NCBI GenBank assembly: GCA_938021205.1
Contig: CALIGI010000151.1
Span: 2,818-66,817 of the forward strand
DNA from: an uncultured Pseudanabaenaceae cyanobacterium
Lineage (GTDB): Bacteria > Cyanobacteriota > Cyanobacteriia > PCC-9006 > JAAUQQ01
Reading direction: 5' to 3'
DNA: 64,000 nucleotides
Positions 56,721 through 64,000 of this stretch are shown here, piece by piece. Position numbers and translations under genes: made by a program. The stretch's first letter is position 1. Each line of letters starts with the position of its first letter. A model generated the notes under the pieces. It saw nothing but the letters and a program-made list of their open reading frames with translations. It ran no database searches and was not told where the DNA came from.

Positions 56721-57269
56721 AACGGCCTATCCATTCATCAACATTGTCTTTCCAGACTACCGCTTAGGGCAGCCTTAGACGGTGGATGGGGCGGCTGAAA
56801 TGGCTGATTCTAACTGAAAGCTTGTCCCAGGTGCCTTGACTCATGCCAGGGTGCCTTAACATCCATGACAGTGTTGCTGAGTCAATTTTTTGGGGTAACA
56901 GCTCAACAGCCAGGTCTCTCATCACTTCGTGTTCCAATGACTCCGTTTTCCAACTAATCCGTTCTTAAATTCAGGGTGCCCGTAGAGTTAAGCCGCTATG
57001 CGACCTCCACGGGCTCTCTAAGAGGTTCAGTTAAATTGCTCTGTATATCCTTCTTTTACGAATATATACTGATTTGACAGGAAGATTTAGTATTTTTTGA
57101 TTCTTTGTTTCTAGTTCAAGATTTTATGAGGCCAGTATCATGCTCACCTTGGTGAAAACTTGGAGACTGATATCCCAGCGTCTGTCGGGTCGTTTTTAAG
57201 CCCACTCGATTAGGGGAGATACTCATTGAGTGAGTATTGGTCAAAATTAAAACGAACCAGGATCGATAC

Positions 57270-57320
57270 CCTAAAAATAGTTGACCCGCAGGGTTAGGCC
57301 ACTAAGTGGCCCCTGCGGGT
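57270..57320 (-). terminator. Strong nested hairpin with downstream T-run (ilvE terminator or 3' end of an sRNA)
   Basis: ACCCGCAGG(gtta)GGCCAC-taa-GTGGCC-CCTGCGGGT gives 15 bp in total. On the minus strand it is followed by CAACTATTTTTAG. It lies about 160 nt downstream of the ilvE stop. Confidence 0.45.
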
Positions 57321-57481
57321 ACATAAGACTTTCCGTATAGTACGTAGCTGTATTTTCCTATTGTGGCTTCTCTCTGAAGACTAGGGCTTCCGAGGTTCCC
57401 CGGATCTTTCTTTATCTAGCTGCGTCCACCTTTACGGGGAATTCACTCTACTGAGTTCACTTCTCTGTATGATCAACGCCC

Positions 57482-58399
57482 CTAATCTGTGAGGTCAACT
57501 TTAAAAACCCAGTCTTGATAGCTTGGGTCACGATCTTCAGTGATCGCAGTGATGGCTTCTCGCAATTGATGGGTGATGGGGCGATCGCTAGGCAGTTTAT
57601 AGTTCTCAATTTGATTCACAGGGGTGACTTTTGCCGCTGTGCCACACAGAAAGACCTCCTCGGCGATGAGCAGTTCTGATTTATCAATCGAACGTTCAAT
57701 CACATTAATGCCCAGATTACGAGCCACCTGCATCACACTGTCGCGGGTAATACCTTCCAGGATGTCCTGTTCCACGCCAGGGGTAACGAGTTGACCATCT
57801 CGCACCACAAAGATATTCATTCCTGTGGCTTCGCAGACTTTGTTTTGAGAGTTGAGCATGATGGCTTCTTTAAAGCCAGATGACACAGCCTCAGTTTTAG
57901 CCAAGGACGACGTGATATAGCCGCCACTAATCTTGCCCCGTAGGGGAAAGCTTACGTCCTCCTGACGGTGCCAGGAACTAATACGACAGCTCACCCCTTC
58001 AGCAGAGAGATAGTCGCCTAGCTCCAAGCCATAGATAAAAAAGTCCTTCTCAATATCATGGAGACGGGGAGCAATGCCCAGATCTGAGGTGTAAACAAAA
58101 GGACGGATGTAGAAGGATTGATCGGGACGGTTCTTTTTAATAAATTCGACGATCGCGGCCTGAATCTCTGCCGCAGGCAAATCGTACTGAAGAAAACGAG
58201 CGCTATTACTCAGGCGCTTACAGTGTCGGTCCAAGCGAAATAATAGGATTTGATTGGGATTAGCAGGATTGGGAATGCCTCGAAGTCCCCCAAAGGCACC
58301 TGTTCCATAGTGGAGCGCATGGGTGGCAATGGAAATTTGCGCGTCGGCAAAAGGGATCAACTGACCCTTGAAATGGGCAAAGGGCAAAAAGTTATGCAT
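57482..58399 (-). CDS. ilvE: Branched-chain amino acid aminotransferase (fold type IV)
   Basis: 305 aa with 'HALHYGTGAFGGLRG', 'YIRPFVY', 'GGYITSSLAKTEA' and 'EATGMNIFVVRDG..TP'. Confidence 0.9.
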   Translation of the reverse strand: MHNFLPFAHFKGQLIPFADAQISIATHALHYGTGAFGGLRGIPNPANPNQILLFRLDRHCKRLSNSARFLQYDLPAAEIQAAIVEFIKKNRPDQSFYIRPFVYTSDLGIAPRLHDIEKDFFIYGLELGDYLSAEGVSCRISSWHRQEDVSFPLRGKISGGYITSSLAKTEAVSSGFKEAIMLNSQNKVCEATGMNIFVVRDGQLVTPGVEQDILEGITRDSVMQVARNLGINVIERSIDKSELLIAEEVFLCGTAAKVTPVNQIENYKLPSDRPITHQLREAITAITEDRDPSYQDWVFKVDLTD

Positions 58400-58651
58400 A
58401 GGGCGATCGGCGCGCTGCTCAGGGGACTGTCTATGGCTGGGCAGCCTAACTAGCCCAGCGACTCATTATTGTCTCACTTCAGCTCTAAAAATAATCCCTA
58501 AAGTCTCAGTGCCCGTCTCAGTACGCTCTGATGGGTAACTCACTACCCAGTGATATTTATCTCGCTCAGTCATCCATCTAGAGGACTTTGACAACCCTCC
58601 AAAAGTGCTCATGCTCAGAACCTGAACTGGCTTGAGATGAAAATAGACAGG

Positions 58652-58969
58652 CTAGGGATCAATCTCGGATTTCATTCGTTTGAGGGTTTGTTCCATTTGG
58701 TCAAACATTTGCTGGGGGGTCATGCCAAACTGGCCTAGCTGAGTCTTGAGTTGCTCGACTGTCATTTGCGCTGAGAAGTCTTCAGAAAGTTCAAACCGCT
58801 TCATGAAAATGCGGTAGCGCTCCATCATGGCCTCCATTTGTTGGATAAACATGATCTTGCCTTCGCGATCGAATTTCCCATAGCGACCGCCGAGCTGCAT
58901 TAGAGACTGGTAGTCTTCAAACAGCGATTTGGCTTCCTTCTGAACAATTTCAGAGTCAAAAAAGCTCAT
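58652..58969 (-). CDS. Conserved cyanobacterial/plastid-lineage small protein (DUF1825-like)
   Basis: 105 aa. MSFFDSEIVQKEAKSLFEDYQSL...GKFDREGK...FGMTPQQMF. The family name is recalled from memory and has not been searched. Confidence 0.6.
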   Translation of the reverse strand: MSFFDSEIVQKEAKSLFEDYQSLMQLGGRYGKFDREGKIMFIQQMEAMMERYRIFMKRFELSEDFSAQMTVEQLKTQLGQFGMTPQQMFDQMEQTLKRMKSEIDP

Positions 58970-59218
58970 TGCACTTTCCCGCAGGTTTAAGAGGTAGCTC
59001 CCTTCAGTTTAAACGAGGGCCACGGGGGGTTCAATCGCAAAATCTCGCTTCTTCGGGGGTGGGTATCCGAACTAGGGCAAAACCGCTCTGCAAATTGAGG
59101 TAATTTGACTACCATGATCTCCAATGGATGAAGCAATGGCTAGGTTGTGGCCTCGTTTGTTGCAGTTGTGCTGCTGAATTGGGGAGTGAAGGTCAACCTG
59201 GGGTGAAGATCCAATGTG

Positions 59219-59351
59219 AGAGGTTGTTTGAGCAAGGCATCTAGCGGGAGCAGGATGACTTATGATGCCGCCAAATTTAAAGGGATTCCGACGTTTTATT
59301 GCTGGTCGAGGTTGCAAATTTGATGCTGGGCCGAATTCTCAAACAACCTCT
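59219..59351. mobile_element. 133-bp MITE-like element, copy 2 (perfect 14-bp terminal inverted repeats)
   Basis: AGAGGTTGTTTGAG (59219-59232) is the exact reverse complement of CTCAAACAACCTCT (59338-59351). It has the same length, orientation and internal sequence as copy 1 at 4804-4936. Confidence 0.6.
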
Positions 59352-59365
59352 GAGGCAAATATATT

Positions 59366-59755
59366 GTGAAAAGCCGTAAACTCGCCGCAGGGTTAGCTCT
59401 CCTAGGCGTTGTGACGCTGCCTGGCATTCATCGTTTTTACTTGGGGCAGTCCCGCTGGGGGCTAGTTTATTTGCTGTTGGCCTGGAAAACGCCGCTATCG
59501 CGCATCGCCAGTGGGATTGAGGCCTTATGGTATCTATTTTTAGATGACGACGAGTTTGAGCACACCTTCAATGCTCCCAATAGCCTAGTTACAGTAAAGG
59601 AGGAGAGAGATCAAGATCAACCTAGTTTAGACCCTGCCAAGGTAGAGCAGGTTGCCAATGCGGTGCGAGAAATGGAGAATCTGCGCCAGGAAGGCTTAAT
59701 AACCGAAGCTGAGTTTGAGCAAAAACGCCGTAAGTTGCTCGATCAAATTAACTAG
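59366..59755 (+). CDS. TM2-domain membrane protein with C-terminal SHOCT domain
   Basis: GTG start. 'LLGVVTLPGIHRFYLGQSRWGLVYLLL' is the TM2 domain and 'LRQEGLITEAEFEQKRRKLL' is the SHOCT motif. Confidence 0.75.
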   Translation: MKSRKLAAGLALLGVVTLPGIHRFYLGQSRWGLVYLLLAWKTPLSRIASGIEALWYLFLDDDEFEHTFNAPNSLVTVKEERDQDQPSLDPAKVEQVANAVREMENLRQEGLITEAEFEQKRRKLLDQIN

Positions 59756-59783
59756 TTTGCTGTCATTCTTCATTTTTGTATCC

Positions 59784-60341
59784 ATGCCTATCAAGCGCTG
59801 GCTTGCCAGCCTGACCACCCAATCCACAGCCAAGCGGGTTCCTGGGAAATTAGCCCTAGACAGTCGACTCCAGGCAAATCCCCTGATGCGCTTTGACAAT
59901 ATTGCAGACTTGCAAGCCGCCGCCGCTTTGGGCGTTCGCATTGACGTGGCTCAGGCTAGCCAGGATGACTGGCTGCGACTTCCGGGACTCTCAATCCACC
60001 AGGCCAGAACCCTAGCCCAATTAGTTCAGTCTGGGCTGCAATTTCACTGCTTAGATGATGTCGCTGCGGCCCTAGGGCTATCCGTGAATCAGATTGCAGG
60101 TTACGCACCTATTTTGCAATTTTGCTTTTATGACGAAGATGAGCGATCGCCACTCTGCAATGCCAACAGTGCCCCTGCCGCTGCATTGCACCAATTACCT
60201 GTGTTGAGCGAGGCCATGGTGGAAGCGATCGTTCAGGAACGCCAAGCCCAGGGTCCATTCTTGAATTTGGCCGATTTTCAGCAAAGATTGGTGCTGGGAG
60301 CAGATGAAATTGGGCAATTAATGCACTACTTACGGTTTTAA
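59784..60341 (+). CDS. Helix-hairpin-helix (ComEA-like) DNA-binding domain protein
   Basis: The ATG at 59784 gives MPIKRWLAS.. There are two HhH-like units, 'DDWLRLPGLSIHQARTLAQLV' and 'LHQLPVLSEAMVEAIVQERQAQGPFLNLADF'. The ORF opens at 59715. Confidence 0.55.
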   Translation: MPIKRWLASLTTQSTAKRVPGKLALDSRLQANPLMRFDNIADLQAAAALGVRIDVAQASQDDWLRLPGLSIHQARTLAQLVQSGLQFHCLDDVAAALGLSVNQIAGYAPILQFCFYDEDERSPLCNANSAPAAALHQLPVLSEAMVEAIVQERQAQGPFLNLADFQQRLVLGADEIGQLMHYLRF

Positions 60342-60441
60342 CCTGAGTTCAACAGCCTTCAAATTGACCTCATCCCCGAAACTCATCCCTTCTCAGACCA
60401 GTTAGCCCTCCTCCTCAAAACACGCTAGTGAGCTATCCAAG

Positions 60442-63400
60442 TTAGTCCAGCACTGCATTGCGATTCAAAGCAATCAGCTTCTTGAATGATTCTGTATCTA
60501 ACTCCGTCAGCCAAGCTTCATCATTACCAACCACTGTCCCTGCCAGTTTTTTCTTATCTTCGATCATCTCGTCAATGCGTTCCTCCAGCGTCCCCGTTGC
60601 CACGAACTTATGGACAAACACCGTTTTCTCCTGACCGATGCGGAAGGCACGGTCGGTGGCTTGATCTTCCACGGCGGGGTTCCACCAGCGATCAAAGTGG
60701 AAGACGTGGTTGGCTTTGGTGAGGGTGATGCCGACACCACCCGCTTTGAGGGAAAGGATGAAGATGGAGGGGTCGGTGGTGGGATCTTGGAACTGGGCGA
60801 TCATGCGATCGCGCTGGGGCTGAGATGTCCCTCCATGTAACCAATAGGTGTTGTAATAGCAAGTCTTGCGCAGATACTGCTCCAAGGCATCACCTATCTC
60901 TCGGAACTGAGTGAAGATCAACATGCTTTCCCCTTCGGCCATGACCTCGGCGGTCATCTCGGCTAGGCGTTCGAGTTTGTGCGATCGCACCGTCGAGAAA
61001 TCACTCCCGTCATGCAAAAACTGGGCGGGGTGATTGCAAATCTGTTTTAGCTTGGTAAGTGAACCCAGGATCAGCCCCCGCCGTTCCATACCCTGGGTCT
61101 CTTCGAGTTTGCCAGCAATGTCTTTAACAACCACTTCGTAGAGAGAGGCCTGTTCTTTCGTGAGGTGGCAGTAGACTTTTTGCTCTACTTTATCGGGTAG
61201 ATCTTTAATAATATTGGCGTCAGTTTTGAGGCGGCGGAGGATGAAGGGCTCGACTAGCTGCTTGAGGGTGGTGGCTTTGACGGGGTCACCATAGCGCTGG
61301 ATGGGACGCTCGAAGTTGCGGCGAAATTGGTTTTCTTTACCCAGGTAGCCGGGGTTGAGGAAGTTGAAGATCGACCACAGGTCGAGCAGACGGTTTTCTA
61401 CGGGAGTGCCGGTGAGAGCCAGCCGATGGGGGGCTTCTAGCTTGAGGATGGCTTTGGTTTGGGCTGCTTTGGGATTTTTGATATTTTGGGCTTCGTCCAG
61501 GACGATGCGCTGCCAAGTCATCGATTGCAGCAGCTTGAGGTCTTTGCGAACGAGGGTGAAGGAGGTGATGACGACATCGACGCCATTGCAGGCTTTTTTG
61601 AAGTCGGGGGATTTTTTGATGCGATCGCCCCCATGATGAACAAAAGCCTTCAACTCTGGTCCAAACTTGCCGATCTCCCGTAGCCAGTTACCCACCACAG
61701 AGGTCGGAGCCACTAGAAGCGTCGGTGGCAGGCTAGGTCCTCTCTCCGGCTGGGCCTTGACCTTGCGACTGCCGCGAACCGCGCTCGGTTTTGCGACGGC
61801 TGCTAATTGCTCTCGCTCTTGAATGAGCCGGGCGATGACCTGGACGGTTTTGCCCAGGCCCATATCATCGGCCAGGCAGCCATTGAGGCCCAGACCTTCT
61901 AAGTAGCTGAGCCAACTGACTCCCCGGCGTTGGTAGTCTCGCAGGGTGCCATTGAGGTTTTCGGGGTCGGAAATATCTTGGAGTTTCGTTTTATCTTGGA
62001 GCTGAGTGAGCATGGTGGAGAGGGCGCGATCGCGTTCCAAGTCTAGTTCAATATCCCCACCGCTATTGGCCTCGAGCTGCATCATCTCCAGCAGCCCCAG
62101 CTCTGGCTGCTTACCCTGGTTTTCCTGCCAAAAGCTCATCAACTCCCGCATTTTATCCTTATCCAGCTCCATCCACTGACCACGAAAATGCACCAGCGAA
62201 GACTTAGAATCCACGAGCTGCTCCCACTCGGTACGACTAACCTGCTCGTTGCCAATGGAAAGGTCGTAATCGTACTCCCGCAATTTGGTGACTGAAAAAT
62301 AGCTCTTAGCCGCATCGCCCCCCCCACTGGATTTGCTGTTGCCGCTCTTGGCTCGTAGCTTGACCTTGGCTCGGCGGCGACCTTGGGGCGTCCACCAGGA
62401 AGGAATGACAACGCGATAGCCCGCATCTTCCAGAATCCAAGCGGCCTCGCGCAAAAAGCCAAAGGACTCATCCAAGTCCATGGCAATGCCCACGGGCTGG
62501 TCCGTGTCCAGGGCATCCCAGATTTTGGGGTAAATGCGGGCGGCGTAGCCCAGGTTGAGCAAGAGCTGCTGCTCGAAGTCTCCCCCGAGTTGCTGACGCA
62601 AAAGCGTTTGTTCCTTGCCCCGCTTGCGCCAGTAATCCGTCAGGGGGACTTGTAAGGAGGGGTCTTGCTTAGGGCCAACTTGGAAGAGCAGTTGCCAATC
62701 ACCGTCAGCATCGGGCGGATTTTGTAGGACGAAGTAGAGGTTGAAGGGGAGGGCCGTTTGGGTGGTGGTAATGCGATCGCGCCACCCCTGCCACTGCTGA
62801 AAGGTTTCCAGAGTTGCTGGATCAACCGTAGCGGTCACAGGCCTGCCACCTTGCCAACAGCGATGGACAAGCGTGTCTTCGAGTTTCTTGGTGAAGCTAG
62901 CAGGCAATTCGGTTTGGCGGATCGCTTGGGTGAGCAGGACTTCGCAGAAGTGGCGTAGGAGGGTGGCACGATCGCGAAAGCCCGGTGCGATAGCAGCATC
63001 GGTGGGGGCTTCTTCAAAGCCGGTAGCACAGACCCAGGGCATAAGTTGGGCGGCTTGGGCAGCTTGGGTAGCTTGGGCGATTCCTCCGGAAGCTTGCGAA
63101 GCAATCGCGCTTTCATACTGAGGGCTGACGATTTCCCAGGCGTGATGAATCTCGTATTGTTTTTTGCGCGATTTGGGATTTAGAACACGGTGGCGTAGGA
63201 CGGGGATGTATTGGTCTTTGAGCAGGATGGCTTGGAGGGTGGGGCAGAAGCGAAGCCAGAATTTTAGGTCTGCACCCAGTTGGATTTCGGCGATGCCGTT
63301 TTGGGCCAAAAAGTTGAGTTCGGGGAGGAGTTGGAGGATGTAAGGGGTGCGATCGCGAAAGTCTCGCGTACCTTTGCTGTAGGTACCCACACGGAAGCAG

Positions 63401-63756
63401 TCAATCTGCCAAGCGCTCCAGCGATATTGTGTCTCACCCGCTTCGTCTTGACTCTCTAGAAAGCGAGCAAGCTCTGGCGATGGCAAAGGCTGATCCGCAG
63501 TACTGGGTAACCAAAAATAGCAGGGCTGAATGGCATCGCTGAGATCGAGCTGGGGCGAACAGCGGAAGCCGAGGCTCTCGGCCAGGAATTGAGCCAGTTC
63601 CGCTTCCGGGAGATGGCGGTTATGTTTAGCGGGCTGTTTTGATTTAGAAGCCTTGAAGCGACGCTTCTGCTCAGTTTCGATCCAGAGGTAGAAACCACCT
63701 TGCTGAACGAAGTCGTCGGTGGCGTCGGGAATCCAGGTGCCGTGGAGGATATGCAT
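60442..63756 (-). CDS. SNF2-family DEAD/DEAH-box helicase (1104 aa)
   Basis: Helicase motifs are 'CLADDMGLGKT' (I), 'IVLDEAQNIKN' (II), 'LALTGTPVEN' (III), and the C-terminal lobe 'LIFTQF...ILSLKAGGVGITLT.ANHVFHFDRWWNPAVEDQATDRAFRIGQ'. A long N-terminal SNF2-associated region precedes them. Confidence 0.9.
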   Translation of the reverse strand: MHILHGTWIPDATDDFVQQGGFYLWIETEQKRRFKASKSKQPAKHNRHLPEAELAQFLAESLGFRCSPQLDLSDAIQPCYFWLPSTADQPLPSPELARFLESQDEAGETQYRWSAWQIDCFRVGTYSKGTRDFRDRTPYILQLLPELNFLAQNGIAEIQLGADLKFWLRFCPTLQAILLKDQYIPVLRHRVLNPKSRKKQYEIHHAWEIVSPQYESAIASQASGGIAQATQAAQAAQLMPWVCATGFEEAPTDAAIAPGFRDRATLLRHFCEVLLTQAIRQTELPASFTKKLEDTLVHRCWQGGRPVTATVDPATLETFQQWQGWRDRITTTQTALPFNLYFVLQNPPDADGDWQLLFQVGPKQDPSLQVPLTDYWRKRGKEQTLLRQQLGGDFEQQLLLNLGYAARIYPKIWDALDTDQPVGIAMDLDESFGFLREAAWILEDAGYRVVIPSWWTPQGRRRAKVKLRAKSGNSKSSGGGDAAKSYFSVTKLREYDYDLSIGNEQVSRTEWEQLVDSKSSLVHFRGQWMELDKDKMRELMSFWQENQGKQPELGLLEMMQLEANSGGDIELDLERDRALSTMLTQLQDKTKLQDISDPENLNGTLRDYQRRGVSWLSYLEGLGLNGCLADDMGLGKTVQVIARLIQEREQLAAVAKPSAVRGSRKVKAQPERGPSLPPTLLVAPTSVVGNWLREIGKFGPELKAFVHHGGDRIKKSPDFKKACNGVDVVITSFTLVRKDLKLLQSMTWQRIVLDEAQNIKNPKAAQTKAILKLEAPHRLALTGTPVENRLLDLWSIFNFLNPGYLGKENQFRRNFERPIQRYGDPVKATTLKQLVEPFILRRLKTDANIIKDLPDKVEQKVYCHLTKEQASLYEVVVKDIAGKLEETQGMERRGLILGSLTKLKQICNHPAQFLHDGSDFSTVRSHKLERLAEMTAEVMAEGESMLIFTQFREIGDALEQYLRKTCYYNTYWLHGGTSQPQRDRMIAQFQDPTTDPSIFILSLKAGGVGITLTKANHVFHFDRWWNPAVEDQATDRAFRIGQEKTVFVHKFVATGTLEERIDEMIEDKKKLAGTVVGNDEAWLTELDTESFKKLIALNRNAVLD

Positions 63757-64000
63757 AGCGAGAGCAGCGAAGGCCTTGGCCTGACTGTAGCAGAGCGGGC
63801 GATTCAGCCGTAGATTAGCAGCGGGTCTGCCATCGTTGATTGCGCTCCCACAACTTCAGTGGCTATTAATAAGCCACGGGCACAGGCTTGCTGGGAGGAG
63901 TAGGTGCGGTTGGCGGATGAACCTGCAAATATCGGAGCTGCTGTTCGATGGGACAGCTTTATCTCCGGATACTAATGGGGCTGACCCGGTTCCAAGGGGA

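Noticed and set aside
57320-57345. GGAAAGTC on the minus strand next to a strong hairpin, reminiscent of the RNase P RNA CR-I box (GAGGAAAGUCC).
   Set aside because: Only a partial 8-mer matches. The remaining conserved RNase P regions and P4 pairing partners are not present nearby.
63757-64000. Partial ORFs at the right edge: a - strand frame ending ..LCPWLINSH* near 63860 (a SWIM-type partner is often found upstream of this SNF2 helicase family), and a + strand ATG at 63917 (MNLQISELLFDG..).
   Set aside because: They are too short and are truncated by the window. No CxCxnCxH SWIM signature is visible, so neither can be supported.

Overview
This is a 64-kb chromosomal window from a cyanobacterium. 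The evidence for that origin is the dense HIP1 palindromes (GCGATCGC), an HLIP gene, Uma2/DUF4058 paralog arrays, a type-2 IPP isomerase, and glcE/glcF. About 50 genes can be supported. Most are housekeeping: metH, ilvE, glmM, cobK, fni, ung, mtgA, glcE, glcF, a soluble lytic transglycosylase, a P450, an MsbA-like ABC exporter, and an SNF2 helicase.

The accessory content that stands out:
1. An AT-rich cassette of about 3.9 kb (about 46.78-50.66 kb) encodes a membrane-anchored pentapeptide-repeat protein and an 888-aa dynamin-like GTPase. Imperfect direct repeats flank it, and it interrupts a decaying array of Uma2/DUF4058 nuclease-fold genes. This is my best candidate for an undescribed system.
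2. Two filamentous-haemagglutinin-type (TPS-domain) exoproteins are followed by a TPR-CHAT protease, and no TpsB transporter gene is present in the window.
3. An RTX-type calcium-binding protein is isolated by long AT-rich non-coding flanks.
4. An LRR-kinase fusion is present.
5. A 133-bp element with 14-bp terminal inverted repeats occurs in two copies.
6. There are several smaller repeats, a conserved intergenic terminator module, and some degenerate domains.

I recognised no rRNA, tRNA or CRISPR array. All calls come from reading the supplied sequence and ORF translations. No database search was run, so family names are motif-level recognitions.
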